A stretch of DNA of 64,000 bases from Obrimoposthia wandeli (lineage: Eukaryota). The notes below the pieces were generated by a model. The model made no database searches and was not told where the DNA came from. It saw only the letters and a list, made by a program, of their open reading frames with translations. The stretch covers positions 1-64,000 of the forward strand of contig CDROCS010005043.1 of assembly GCA_977020255.1 (NCBI GenBank), written 5' to 3'. Position 1 is the first letter of the stretch; each line of letters opens with the position of its first letter. This document shows positions 1-10,588 of this stretch, piece after piece. The translations under genes and the position numbers were made by a program.

Positions 1-375
1 TACTCTCAGCAAAGATGCTTCGCCATTAAAGGCCAATGAATACACATAAAATAACCAACCGATACTACCGGCAAACGCAAAACAGCGGAAAAATAAGTTT
101 TTATCTTTCTGTAGTGACATAAATACCATAAATGCGATTGCCAGTGTCGACAATAATTTTTCTGTCATGACCGTATCAACAAACGGAACTCGACCTGAAA
201 CCATACACACTAAAGCAATCATCATCACGGTGATCATATCTATCACCTTACGTGATTTGATAAAACCAGCATGCTCAAGATAAGGTGATTCCTTCACTGT
301 GAAGGCAAAATTTACAATATACATCACGACACTTAATAACAATGTCGCAATGTGCAGCGGAATAGCAATATCCAT
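1..375 (-). CDS. ychQ: SirB2/YchQ-family inner-membrane protein; runs off the left edge, stop not in window
   Basis: Not in the ORF track. My translation from ATG 375 gives 125 open codons (MDIAIPLHIATLLLSVVMYIVNF...RVPFVDTVMTEKLLST...), hydrophobic with the SirB2-type PF..TEK motif. Position after prmC matches the hemA-prfA-prmC-ychQ order. Confidence 0.65.
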   Translation of the reverse strand, partial: MDIAIPLHIATLLLSVVMYIVNFAFTVKESPYLEHAGFIKSRKVIDMITVMMIALVCMVSGRVPFVDTVMTEKLLSTLAIAFMVFMSLQKDKNLFFRCFAFAGSIGWLFYVYSLAFNGEASLLRV

Positions 376-377
376 GA

Positions 378-1223
378 TTAAACTTCTTTTCGTTGTCCAA
401 CAGTAATACGATCGTTATTACCATAATCTTTATGCGTAACAACCTGATGATAATTTGATGCGTTAAATATCGCGCGAACCGCAGCACCTTGCTCAAAACC
501 ATGCTCAACTAACAACCAACCATCGATACTTAAGAACTGATAACCTTGGCTAATAATATGCTTAAGATCAGCAAGTCCATCCTCGCCAGCAACTAACGCT
601 GTTAACGGTTCAAAACGCACATCACCCATTGCTAGGTGAGGGTCATTTTCTTCAATATAAGGTGGGTTGCTGACTATTACATCAAAGCGTTGGTTAGCTT
701 GTAAAGGTTCAAACCAGCTACCTTGCAATACCGCGACATCACATCACAGCGCTTCAGACATGACGCGCTAACGCTGCAGCACCAGACTGATATTCAATAG
801 CAGTAACGGTCGCTTGTGGTGATTCAGATGCTAATGCCAGCGCAATCGCGCCAGTACCTGTGCCTAAATCTAATACCTGACAAGCGTCAATCGGCATGCT
901 GCGTGCTCTGTTCGACTAACACTTCGGTATCAGGTCTTGAATGAGGGTAATGTGCAGATACTTCTAATTCCAATGACCAAAAATTCACGGTAAACTAAGA
1001 ATACAAGGACAGGTTCACCCGTCTGACGACGGCTGATAAGTGCGGAAAAACGACTGATGATGTCATCATCCATCACTTTGTCATCCCAAGTGAAAAGATA
1101 ACTGCGATCTTTCTCTAACAGGAAACACAGGATGACTTCAGCATCAAGCTTCGGGCTTTCGCTGTCAGTGAGCTGTTTGGCAGCCCACTGCAGTAATTTT
1201 GCAATTGTTTTCACAGTACGCAA
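378..1223 (-). pseudogene. prmC: Release-factor glutamine methyltransferase PrmC/HemK, frameshifted as sequenced (probably sequencing error)
   Basis: Fragments in different frames: N-terminus (DAEVILCFLLEKDRSYLFTW), [28 protein letters not shown], and the C-terminal SNPPY...GFEQG. Directly downstream of prfA. Confidence 0.85.
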
Positions 1224-1228
1224 TACAC

Positions 1229-2316
1229 CTAGTCTGCTTCAGCAAGTGCCGCTAACAGATCTGCTTGATGTTCTTGAATGATAGTTGATCACTTCTAACT
1301 CGCCTTCCATCACTTCATTTAGACGGTAAAGCGTTAGGTTAATACGGTGATCACTAACACGGCCTTGTGGATAGTTATAAGTACGGATACGTTCAGAACG
1401 ATCACCACTTGCTACTAGGCTACGACGTGTACTTTCTTCTTCAAGGCGCACAACTTCATCTGCAGCCGCTTGAATACGCGCTTGTAGTATTGACATCGCA
1501 CGCACGGTTTTTATAAGCGTGAACGTTCGTCCTGACACTCCACCACAGTACCCGTTGGAATATGGGTAATACGGATAGCTGAATCGGTTTTATTTACGTG
1601 CTGACCACCCGCGCCTGATGCACGGAAAGTATCAACTTTAAGATCGGCAGTATTGATGCTAATCGCTTCAGACTCTGGGTACTCTCAGGCATAACCACAA
1701 CTGCACAAGCTGATGTATGGATACACCTTTGTGATTCCGTTTCCTGGTACACGTTGTACAGGTGGCCGCCTGATTCAAACTTCATGGTGCCGAATACAGC
1801 TTCACCTTCCATCTTCACGATAACTTCTGTAAACGCCTTGATCAGCCGTCGTGCTTAAGTTCATGATGGTTGCCAGCCTTTTTTTCAGCATAGCGTTTGC
1901 GCTGCTGCAAAGATCACCGCAAAGATTGCTGCTTCATCGCCACCAGCACCAGCACGGATTCCCAAGAAACAGTTATTACTGTCATTTGGATCACGTGGTA
2001 ACAGCAAAACTTCTAACTCTTCGCTGATACGAGCAACGGTTGCTTTGCTTTATATTCTTCTTCAACAGCCATTTTCACTTCGCATATCAGGATCTTTCAT
2101 CCTTTAGCATCTCTTCTTCTGCTGATTCAAAATCTTCTTTGCTTCTGATATTGTTTAAAGCAAGAAACGAGTTCTCTCTTAATTGCGCGTATTCCTTGAA
2201 GTTAATGCACGGTAACAGCCCTGATCACTGATGATCGATGGTTCACTTAATAATGCTTGAACTTCTTCATGACGTTCGATTAAGGCTTCTAATTTTGTAA
2301 TGATCGATGCTTTCAT
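1229..2316 (-). pseudogene. prfA: Peptide chain release factor 1, multiply frameshifted as sequenced (essential gene, so probably sequencing error)
   Basis: ATG 2316 gives [23 protein letters not shown]. Downstream pieces are [33 protein letters not shown] (GGQ motif) and [33 protein letters not shown] at 1229-1231; the 1088 bp span fits RF1. Confidence 0.9.
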
Positions 2317-2557
2317 CTTTACTCGTATTACCGTTAAATAGATCACTGAAGTCTGACACAGGCTGCTTCAGTAATTGGATATGAATTATTTCTTTGTTGT
2401 GATCGGCAAGGATACCTATATGTAAGGAAATAGTCGATTGCTTTCCGAACATTTACCTTGGATATAGCAAATATATGCCGAAAACAATTTGAAATAGACG
2501 ATTTGCCGTTGTTAATCGATAAAGACAATTAACAACGGTTTCTTTAGGAAGTGATTG

Positions 2558-3808
2558 CTACTCAAGCCCTACAACACGACGCACTAATAATAGTTCGTCA
2601 TCTTGTTTACGTTTACCCGCACTAACCAAAGCTTGTGTCGGTGCATGGATCAGCTTGTTGGTTAACTTATTGGCTAATTCTGTCAGAACCCGTTCGCAGT
2701 CAGTGCCGTTTTGCATCGCTGCAATTGCGCGTTCGAGTAATATGTCTTTTTCAGCCATTGCCGCATTGCGGTATTCTTTAATCGAATCAACACTAGATAG
2801 TGATGCGATCCATTCTGAAAACAGCTGCGTTTCTTCCGTAATAATGAATTCTGCTTGCTGCGCTGCATCTTGGCGCGCTTCTTTATTCTGCTCGATAATA
2901 CCTTGCAGATCATCGACGGTATAAAGATAAGCATTACCTAACTCACCCACTTCTTCTTCAATATCCCGTGGCACGGCGATATCGACTAAAAAAATCGGTT
3001 TCTGTTTACGTTGCTTCAGTGCACTTTCAATCATGCCTTTACCAATAATCGGTAAGGGACTGGCTGTTGAACTGATGACAATATCAGCATTGTGTAAATG
3101 CTGCGGGATCTCTTCGAGTGTGAACGTGGTAGCACCAAACTTTTCACCCAGCGCTTGTGCGCGAGAGACTGTCCGATTGGCGACCATCATTTCAGTGACA
3201 TTTTGCTCGGCCAGATGCGTCGCAACCAACTCAATAGTTTCACCTGCACCAATCAGCAATACCCGGGTTTTCGATAAATCATCAAAGATATGTTTACTTA
3301 AACTAACCGCAGCAAAGGCAACGGATACCGCATTAGCACCAATTTCGGTTTCGGTGCGCACACGTTTTGCAGCCGTAAAGGTTTTTTGAAATAACTTATC
3401 AAGTACTTGAGAAACACAGTTCAACTGTTTGGCTTTTGCAAATGATTGTTTTATCTGACCTAGAATTTGTGGCTCACCTAATACCAGTGAATCTAAACCA
3501 CCCGCAACACGCATTAAATGATGCACAGCGTCGGCATCATAATAACGATAAGTACAAGTCGCCAATTCATCCGCTGGCAGATGGTGGAAATCAACTAACC
3601 ATTGGGTGACACGTTCGGGTAAGCCTTGCTCAATTTTGCAATATATTTCAGTACGATTACAGGTCGATACAATCACCGCTTCCGAGACGATCCCATCGGC
3701 CATAATGCTGGCAAAGGCATCCTCAATATTGTCAGGTGAAAAAGCTACCTTTTCACGCAGTGATACAGGTGCCGTATTATGATTTATACCAAGTGCTAAC
3801 AGAGTCAT
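2558..3808 (-). CDS. hemA: Glutamyl-tRNA reductase
   Basis: [38 protein letters not shown], and NADPH-binding GAGET motifs. Confidence 0.98.
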   Translation of the reverse strand: MTLLALGINHNTAPVSLREKVAFSPDNIEDAFASIMADGIVSEAVIVSTCNRTEIYCKIEQGLPERVTQWLVDFHHLPADELATCTYRYYDADAVHHLMRVAGGLDSLVLGEPQILGQIKQSFAKAKQLNCVSQVLDKLFQKTFTAAKRVRTETEIGANAVSVAFAAVSLSKHIFDDLSKTRVLLIGAGETIELVATHLAEQNVTEMMVANRTVSRAQALGEKFGATTFTLEEIPQHLHNADIVISSTASPLPIIGKGMIESALKQRKQKPIFLVDIAVPRDIEEEVGELGNAYLYTVDDLQGIIEQNKEARQDAAQQAEFIITEETQLFSEWIASLSSVDSIKEYRNAAMAEKDILLERAIAAMQNGTDCERVLTELANKLTNKLIHAPTQALVSAGKRKQDDELLLVRRVVGLE

Positions 3809-3959
3809 GTATTACTTACAGTGAATAGTTGTAAAAATAGATAAGGAGGTCATTCTACGCAAAAAGTATGAATTTTTAAAGTGACAAAACCATGCATATC
3901 TGTTTTTATAAGCTCATGCTTGCTCTTTATCATCATTACTTTATTTTTTTGAGTATCTT

Positions 3960-4568
3960 ATGACATTTCAGCGTTCTATTTACATTGTGATTCTCAGCTT
4001 ATTTTTAAGTGCTTGTAGCACCACAACACAATTACCCGCACCGATTGGTAGTCCACAACAATTATGGCAGCAACACCAAGTACAGTTACAATCGATACAA
4101 ACCTGGCAACTGCAAGGGCAGATCGCGTTTATCACCCCTGATGACCGTAATTCCGCTACATTAAACTGGCAACAATTTAGCCAAGACTTTAAAATTAACC
4201 TTACGGGTCCTTTTGGTATTCATCTACTGAGCATTAAACGCAGTGATAATATCTCAACATTGACTCTAGCTGATGACCGCCAATATCAAGGCCGAGATAC
4301 CCAAGCATTAATTAACCAACTCAGTCCGATGCCGATCCCAGTGAATGAGTTACGCGCTTGGATCATTGGCGATCCTTTAACTAACGATGTGCAACTCGAC
4401 AATTACGGCCGTGTAACCAAAGCTAATCATCCACTTGGCTGGCACATCAGTTATACTAAGTATCAATTAATCGATAATATTTGGTTACCAAAAAACATTG
4501 TTATCAAACAAGACGACCTGCGTATAAAGATCACGACTCGAAACTGGAAATTAAATGCAAAAGAATAA
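3960..4568 (+). CDS. lolB: Outer-membrane lipoprotein insertase LolB
   Basis: Lipobox LSAC, GQIAF...W.Q...L.GPFG motif; divergent from hemA and upstream of ispE. Confidence 0.93.
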   Translation: MTFQRSIYIVILSLFLSACSTTTQLPAPIGSPQQLWQQHQVQLQSIQTWQLQGQIAFITPDDRNSATLNWQQFSQDFKINLTGPFGIHLLSIKRSDNISTLTLADDRQYQGRDTQALINQLSPMPIPVNELRAWIIGDPLTNDVQLDNYGRVTKANHPLGWHISYTKYQLIDNIWLPKNIVIKQDDLRIKITTRNWKLNAKE

Positions 4569-5406
4569 TAGCCATTGGTCAGCCCCTGCAAAACTAAATT
4601 TGTTTCTGTATATTAATGGCCGTCGTCCCGATGGTTACCACGAACTGCAAACCTTATTTCAGTTTGTTGATATCGGTGATGAACTCGCGATCACACCGAA
4701 TCACAGTGATAGCATTACCATTACTCCAGCTATCCCAGGCGTACCGCTGACCGACAATATCATCTACCAAGCAGCAATAATGTTGAAAGCATATTCATCA
4801 TTACCACTGGGCGCTGACATTAACTTAACCAAAAATCTGCCAATGGGCGGTGGTCTCGGAGGCGGTTCTTCGGATGCAGCCACAACACTCGTAGCCCTAA
4901 ATCAGCTTTGGCAATTACACCTAACTGAAGACCAACTCGCAGAGATAGGCGTTAAGTTAGGTGCTGACGTACCCGTGTTTGTTCGTGGTCATGCCGCATT
5001 TGCAGAAGGTATCGGTGAGAAGCTTACCCCAATAGAGGTGGATGAGAACTATTATCTTATTGCCATACCTGACACGCAGGTCAATACAGCGAAATTATTT
5101 TCTGATCCAGAACTGATCCGGGATACGCCAAAACGCCCGCTGAATCAGTTGTTACGAGACGAATGGAAAAATGACTTTGAAGCAACTGTAAAAAAACGTC
5201 ATCCCGAGGTTGCAAAAGCATTAGAGTGGTTGCTAAAATGTGCGCCATCTCGACTGACAGGTTCCGGTTGCTGTGTTTTCTCTGAATTTAAAACTAAGTC
5301 TGCCGCATTAGCCGTATTAGCTAAAGCGCCTAAAGACATGCAAATTTATCTTGCGAAGGGCTTAAATAAATCGCCACTATTAGATGATTTAGCAAGACAG
5401 GTTTAA
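4555..5406 (+). CDS. ispE: 4-diphosphocytidyl-2-C-methyl-D-erythritol kinase
   Basis: APAKLNLFL, GYHELQTLF, KNLPMGGGLGGGSSDAA and LTGSG GHMP-kinase motifs. Confidence 0.97.
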   Translation: MQKNNSHWSAPAKLNLFLYINGRRPDGYHELQTLFQFVDIGDELAITPNHSDSITITPAIPGVPLTDNIIYQAAIMLKAYSSLPLGADINLTKNLPMGGGLGGGSSDAATTLVALNQLWQLHLTEDQLAEIGVKLGADVPVFVRGHAAFAEGIGEKLTPIEVDENYYLIAIPDTQVNTAKLFSDPELIRDTPKRPLNQLLRDEWKNDFEATVKKRHPEVAKALEWLLKCAPSRLTGSGCCVFSEFKTKSAALAVLAKAPKDMQIYLAKGLNKSPLLDDLARQV

Positions 5407-5549
5407 ACTTTAATTCAGTACCAAACATCTGTTAAATAAGTTGTTACCAAATTTTAAGAGATTAATGCTGGGGATCTCTACTAAACAGTTCGCTGTTTAG
5501 GAGTATAATTATATCCCAGCCAAATACATCGATTACCTGAGGTTACACC

Positions 5550-6494
5550 GTGCCCGACATGAAACTCTTTGCTGGTAACGCTACACCAGAACTAGCTCAA
5601 AAAGTTGCTGAACGCCTTTTCATCCAACTTGGTAAAGCCAAAGTTGGTCGCTTTAGCGATGGCGAAATTAGCGTTGAAATTGAAGAAAATGTACGTGGTG
5701 GAGATATCTTCATCCTACAATCAACTTGTGCACCAACGAACGACAACCTAATGGAACTTATCGTTATGGTTGATGCGATGCGTCGTGCATCTGCGGGTCG
5801 TATTACTGCTGTAATCCCTTACTTTGGTTATGCTCGTCAAGATCGTCGTGTACGCTCTTCTCGTGTGCCAATTACAGCAAAAGTTGTAGCTGATTTCCTT
5901 TCAAGTGTTGGTGTTGACCGTGTATTAACGGTTGATCTACATGCTGAACAAATCCAAGGTTTCTTCGATGTACCTGTTGATAATGTATTTGGTACGCCAG
6001 TATTATTAGCTGACATGCAAGAAAAGAATCTTGAGAACCCAGTAATCGTATCTCCTGATATCGGTGGTGTTGTACGTGCACGTGCTAACGCTAAATTACT
6101 TGACGAAGCTGACCTTGCGATTATCGACAAACGTCGTCCAAAAGCAAACGTAGCACAAGTAATGCACATTATTGGTGACGTTAAAGACCGTGATTGTATC
6201 CTTGTTGATGACATGATCGATACTGGCGGTACTTTATGTGCAGCAGCAGTAGCACTGAAGAAAAATGGCGCGAAACGTGTATTTGCATACGCGACTCACC
6301 CAGTATTCTCAGGTAACGCGGTAGAAAATCTACTTAACTCTTGCATTGATGAAATCGTGGTAACAGATTCAATTCCATTATCTCCTGAAGTTGCTGCAAT
6401 GCCAAACGTACGCGTATTAAGCTTAAGCCCTATGCTTGCTGAATCAATTCGCCGCGTAAGCAACGAAGAATCAATTTCTGCAATGTTTAAATAA
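5550..6494 (+). CDS. prs: Ribose-phosphate pyrophosphokinase (GTG start)
   Basis: [44 protein letters not shown]. Confidence 0.98.
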   Translation: MPDMKLFAGNATPELAQKVAERLFIQLGKAKVGRFSDGEISVEIEENVRGGDIFILQSTCAPTNDNLMELIVMVDAMRRASAGRITAVIPYFGYARQDRRVRSSRVPITAKVVADFLSSVGVDRVLTVDLHAEQIQGFFDVPVDNVFGTPVLLADMQEKNLENPVIVSPDIGGVVRARANAKLLDEADLAIIDKRRPKANVAQVMHIIGDVKDRDCILVDDMIDTGGTLCAAAVALKKNGAKRVFAYATHPVFSGNAVENLLNSCIDEIVVTDSIPLSPEVAAMPNVRVLSLSPMLAESIRRVSNEESISAMFK

Positions 6495-6564
6495 TTGAGA
6501 CTGCTTTAAAGTATTTGTTAAAGAATCTTTAAAGCGTTCGTAACTAAAATTTAAGCGATGCAAT

Positions 6565-6598
6565 AAACCGAGTTTGGTATACCAGACTCGGTTTTTTT
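6565..6598 (+). terminator. Rho-independent terminator after prs
   Basis: aaaccgagtttgg-tata-ccagactcggttt stem followed by a T run. Confidence 0.85.
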
Positions 6599-6707
6599 AG
6601 TTCTATTAGCTTCCGTTTTTAGCTCTATCAACCCCAGTTTATAGTACTATTTAGCCTCAGTTTTTCAGCGTCGCTACCGACAATATCGCTTTTGACTCAT
6701 CCGTCAG

Positions 6708-6736
6708 TTGAGCTTTACGGTCACACAAGGTAAAAT
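6708..6736 (+). promoter_or_regulatory. Sigma70 promoter of pth-ychF
   Basis: TTGAGC-17 nt-TAAAAT followed by GC-rich agcgcg. Confidence 0.55.
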
Positions 6737-6816
6737 AGCGCGTTTTTTATCCAATGAGTAAGGTTCGATTCACTCGAAAACTCATTAAGCACTCATTACA
6801 GTAATATAGGTATACC

Positions 6817-7407
6817 ATGAGCAACGACATTCGTTTAATTGTCGGCCTGGCTAATCCAGGACAAGAATACAGCCGCACACGTCATAATGCCGGTGCTTGG
6901 TTTATTAACGAATTAGCAAAGTGGCACAACACGCAATTACGTGAAGAAGCAAAATATTTTGGTTATACAGCCCGCATCAATGTGGCAGGCCAAGATGTGC
7001 GCTTACTGGTACCGACTACATTCATGAATTTAAGTGGTAAATCAGTCGCTGCGATTGCCAAGTTTTACCAGATAGATGTAACCGAGATTTTAGTGGTTCA
7101 TGATGAGTTAGATTTACCACCCGGCGTGGCTAAGTTTAAGCAAGGTGGTAGCCACGGTGGTCATAATGGTCTAAAAGACATTATCAGCAAGATGGCAAAC
7201 AGCAAAGAATTCTACCGTTTACGTATTGGCATTGGCCATCCGGGCAGCAAAGAACAAGTAACCGGATACGTTCTTGGTAAAGCACAAAAGATAGAACAAG
7301 AACAAATGGATGCAGCCGTAGATGAAGCAGTGCGCTGTATTGATATTTTAGCTAAAGACGGCATGGTCAAAGCGATGAGTCGCTTACATACGTTTAAAGC
7401 GCAATAA
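6817..7407 (+). CDS. pth: Peptidyl-tRNA hydrolase
   Basis: [45 protein letters not shown]. Confidence 0.98.
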   Translation: MSNDIRLIVGLANPGQEYSRTRHNAGAWFINELAKWHNTQLREEAKYFGYTARINVAGQDVRLLVPTTFMNLSGKSVAAIAKFYQIDVTEILVVHDELDLPPGVAKFKQGGSHGGHNGLKDIISKMANSKEFYRLRIGIGHPGSKEQVTGYVLGKAQKIEQEQMDAAVDEAVRCIDILAKDGMVKAMSRLHTFKAQ

Positions 7408-7494
7408 TGAATAAAAAAGAAGTAATTAAACACATACCGTTAATCGTTTAACGGTATGTACCAATTTTAGTACATAGCAAATAAGGTAAAAATC

Positions 7495-8586
7495 ATGGGT
7501 TTTAAATGCGGTATCGTAGGCTTACCAAACGTTGGTAAATCAACACTATTTAATGCACTAACACAAGCTGGTATCGAAGCTGCCAACTTCCCGTTCTGCA
7601 CAATCGAGCCGAACACAGGTGTTGTTCCAGTGCCAGATAAGCGTTTAGATGCATTATCTGCGATCGTAAACCCAGAACGCGTATTGCCAACTACAATGGA
7701 ATTCGTTGATATCGCAGGCTTGGTAGCCGGCGCATCAAAAGGTGAAGGTCTAGGTAACAAATTCCTAGCTAACATCCGTGAAACAGATGCAATTGGCCAC
7801 GTTGTTCGTTGTTTTGAAGATGAAAACATCATTCACGTGAACAACAAAATTTCACCATTAGATGACATCGAAATCATCAATACTGAACTTGCACTAGCCG
7901 ATCTAGATAGCTGTGAACGCGCAATATTACGTTTAACTAAAAAAGCTAAAAGCGGCGATAAAGACGCTAAATTTGAAGTGCCAGTAGTTGAAAAAATCAT
8001 GGCTCACCTTGGTGAAGGCGAAATGATTCGTTCTTTAGAATTATCTAAAGAAGAAATTGCTGCTGTTGAATACATGAACTTCTTAACGCTAAAACCAACA
8101 ATGTACATTGCTAACGTTGCTGAAGATGGCTTTGAAGATAACGCATTCTTAGATTCAGTACGTGAACTTGCTGCAACAGAAAATGCAGTTGTAGTAGCGA
8201 TCTGTGCATCAATGGAATCAGACATCGCGGAACTTGAAGATGAAGAACGTGCAGAATTCATGGAGGACATGGGTATCGAAGAACCAGGTCTTAACCGTGT
8301 AATTCGTGCAGGTTACGAGTTACTAACACTGCAAACTTACTTCACTGCCGGCGTTAAAGAAGTGCGTGCATGGACTATCCCTGTAAACGCAACTGCACCA
8401 CAAGCAGCAGGTAAGATCCACACTGACTTCGAGAAAGGTTTCATCCGTGCAGAAGTAGTGCCATATGCAGCATTCATTGAACACAACGGTGAGTCTGGAG
8501 CTAAGACTGCAGGTCAATGGCGTCTAGAAGGTAAAGACTACATCGTTAAAGATGGCGATGTTGTACATTTCCGTTTCAACGTATAA
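7495..8586 (+). CDS. ychF: Redox-regulated ribosome-binding ATPase YchF
   Basis: [44 protein letters not shown]-terminal FRFNV. Confidence 0.98.
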   Translation: MGFKCGIVGLPNVGKSTLFNALTQAGIEAANFPFCTIEPNTGVVPVPDKRLDALSAIVNPERVLPTTMEFVDIAGLVAGASKGEGLGNKFLANIRETDAIGHVVRCFEDENIIHVNNKISPLDDIEIINTELALADLDSCERAILRLTKKAKSGDKDAKFEVPVVEKIMAHLGEGEMIRSLELSKEEIAAVEYMNFLTLKPTMYIANVAEDGFEDNAFLDSVRELAATENAVVVAICASMESDIAELEDEERAEFMEDMGIEEPGLNRVIRAGYELLTLQTYFTAGVKEVRAWTIPVNATAPQAAGKIHTDFEKGFIRAEVVPYAAFIEHNGESGAKTAGQWRLEGKDYIVKDGDVVHFRFNV

Positions 8587-8686
8587 TTACATTTAAGTTA
8601 AGACGCTTAAGTTCTTAGTTTAAAGTTAAGCGCCTTAGGTTGTAGCTTCAGCAGATTACGACGCTATTATTTAACCGAATGCATTC

Positions 8687-8714
8687 AAACGCTGGCTATT
8701 GCCGGCGTTTTTTT
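8687..8714 (+). terminator. Rho-independent terminator after ychF
   Basis: aaacgctggc-tatt-gccggcgttt followed by a T run. Confidence 0.8.
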
Positions 8715-8930
8715 GTTTTTACGCATCGCAATAAATTTATTTACTTAAAAATATGACCCATTGGTTAAAATAACGAAATATAGCTCAAATCGTTAAATAA
8801 TTTTAAACACTGCTTCGCGGCTTCGAATTACCCAAGTTTGCACTTTTTCTACAAATAGCATAGAGTGGCAACAGGATTAGTACAGAATTTCAACAGGCGC
8901 AGCAAAATATGTTTTTATACTAAAAAACAG

Positions 8931-8966
8931 TTGACGAATATCGCTGTAATTAGCATAATGCGCCCC
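8931..8966 (+). promoter_or_regulatory. Stable-RNA-type sigma70 promoter of the tRNA operon
   Basis: TTGACG (8931)-17 nt-CATAAT (8954), then GC-rich discriminator GCGCCCC; A/T tracts upstream (UP-element-like). Confidence 0.85.
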
Positions 8967-9011
8967 GTTCCAACGAAACAGTTAACTGCTAGTCGGAATG
9001 AGATTTAAGAT

Positions 9012-9088
9012 GGCCATGTAGCTCAGCTGGTTAGAGCACAGCATTCATAATGCTGGGGTCACAGGTTCAAGTCCCGTCATGGCCACCA
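9012..9088 (+). tRNA. tRNA-Met (CAT), elongator type
   Basis: GGCCATG/CATGGCC acceptor stem, CAGCA-TTCATAA-TGCTG anticodon arm, GGTTCAAGTCC, encoded CCA; 77 nt. Confidence 0.95.
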
Positions 9089-9104
9089 TCTTAAATCTAA
9101 TTGT

Positions 9105-9179
9105 AGGGATATCGCCAAGCGGTAAGGCACCGGGTTTTGATCTCGGGATTCTGAGGTTCAAATCCTCATATCCCTGCCA
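9105..9179 (+). tRNA. tRNA-Gln (TTG)
   Basis: AGGGATA/TATCCCT acceptor stem, TTTTGAT anticodon loop, G73, CCA; 75 nt. Confidence 0.95.
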
Positions 9180-9283
9180 TTATAAAAATGATTGGCTATT
9201 ATTAGCGGATTGTTAAATTTATAAACACTGTTTATCATTAATTTGATTAACACTACCTCGTTTATAAATACAAAGAATATTGT

Positions 9284-9368
9284 GCGGAAGTGGCGGAATT
9301 GGTAGACGCGCTAGATTTAGGTTCTAGTATTGCAAAGTGTGAGAGTTCAAGTCTCTCCTTCCGCACCA
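9284..9368 (+). tRNA. tRNA-Leu (TAG)
   Basis: GCGGAAG/CTTCCGC acceptor stem, CTAGA-TTTAGGT-TCTAG anticodon arm, variable arm, CCA; 85 nt. Confidence 0.95.
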
Positions 9369-9431
9369 TGCTTAAACATGACTTACTTAGTTAATAGTTA
9401 TTATTGATAAGTATGTTCATGAACAGATTGT

Positions 9432-9506
9432 AGGGATATCGCCAAGCGGTAAGGCACCGGGTTTTGATCTCGGGATTCTGAGGTTCAAATCCTCATATCC
9501 CTGCCA
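9432..9506 (+). tRNA. tRNA-Gln (TTG)
   Basis: Identical to the copy at 9105. Confidence 0.95.
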
Positions 9507-9602
9507 TATATCAACACAGACTTCGGTCAGTGTTAACATTACAAGATTTATTGAACTCTAACCATTCAATACTACCAACCTTGTAATGACAAAGAATATT
9601 GT

Positions 9603-9687
9603 GCGGAAGTGGCGGAATTGGTAGACGCGCTAGATTTAGGTTCTAGTATTGCAAAGTGTGAGAGTTCAAGTCTCTCCTTCCGCACCA
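9603..9687 (+). tRNA. tRNA-Leu (TAG)
   Basis: Identical to the copy at 9284. Confidence 0.95.
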
Positions 9688-9751
9688 TGTTTAACATGAC
9701 ACTGCTTAGTTAATAGTTATTATTGATAAGTAATGTTCATGAACAGTTTGT

Positions 9752-9826
9752 AGGGATATCGCCAAGCGGTAAGGCACCGGGTTTTGATCTCGGGATTCTG
9801 AGGTTCAAATCCTCATATCCCTGCCA
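9752..9826 (+). tRNA. tRNA-Gln (TTG)
   Basis: Identical to the copy at 9105. Confidence 0.95.
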
Positions 9827-9876
9827 CTTTTATTTTATTCGTATTTATACGGGTAGAATGAAAAAAAAGTAAGAAT

Positions 9877-9953
9877 GGCCATGTAGCTCAGCTGGTTAGA
9901 GCACAGCATTCATAATGCTGGGGTCACAGGTTCAAGTCCCGTCATGGCCACCA
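9877..9953 (+). tRNA. tRNA-Met (CAT), elongator type
   Basis: Identical to the copy at 9012. Confidence 0.95.
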
Positions 9954-9976
9954 TTCTTATTTTAAAATAAAACATT

Positions 9977-10061
9977 GCGGAAGTGGCGGAATTGGTAGAC
10001 GCGCTAGATTTAGGTTCTAGTATTGCAAAGTGTGAGAGTTCAAGTCTCTCCTTCCGCACCA
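9977..10061 (+). tRNA. tRNA-Leu (TAG)
   Basis: Identical to the copy at 9284. Confidence 0.95.
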
Positions 10062-10103
10062 TGTTTTATTGCACAATACAGCCATGCTGTAGAAAAGATT
10101 TGT

Positions 10104-10178
10104 AGGGATATCGCCAAGCGGTAAGGCACCGGGTTTTGATCTCGGGATTCTGAGGTTCAAATCCTCATATCCCTGCCA
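10104..10178 (+). tRNA. tRNA-Gln (TTG)
   Basis: Identical to the copy at 9105. Confidence 0.95.
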
Positions 10179-10215
10179 CTTTTTTCTAAATTACTCCTCC
10201 CCATTAATACCTCCT

Positions 10216-10327
10216 CTAATTTCTAATTTCTAATTTCTAATTTCTAATTTCTAATTTCTAATTTCTAATTTCTAATTTCTAATTTCTAATTTCTAATTTC
10301 TAATTTCTAATTTCTAATTTCTAATTT
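10216..10327. repeat. Perfect heptanucleotide microsatellite (CTAATTT)x16
   Basis: 112 bp of uninterrupted 7-bp units read directly. Confidence 0.97.
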
Positions 10328-10440
10328 CAGCATTTTAATTATGCATATCATTACCATGCAAGTTTTATTACCCGCATTACTATAATCAACTTCTCATCAC
10401 CTTACATTCTACTTTATTAACTTATTTATCACATTTGCGC

Positions 10441-10467
10441 TAACAAAATACCTCTTTTGGCCGATAT
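10441..10467 (+). promoter_or_regulatory. Putative sigma28 (FliA) promoter of the chemoreceptor gene
   Basis: TAAC-15 nt-GCCGATAT versus the consensus TAAA-N15-GCCGATAA, about 120 bp upstream of an MCP gene. Confidence 0.65.
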
Positions 10468-10588
10468 CCTATTTGTACCAAGATTAATTTGTTACGATTA
10501 ACCCTACTAATTACAGTAGAATTAAAAGACCAATGGTCATCAGTAAGTGCTTGATCTCTTTTTGGTTGGTTTCAGATGGGAAGAAACG

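Noticed and set aside
1229-2316. Programmed frameshift in a release factor
   Set aside because: The programmed shift is a single +1 site in prfB. This gene is RF1-type and has many scattered indels.
9012-10178. Regularly repeated 75-85 bp sequences resembling a CRISPR array
   Set aside because: The repeats are complete tRNA cloverleaves with CCA, and there are no cas genes.
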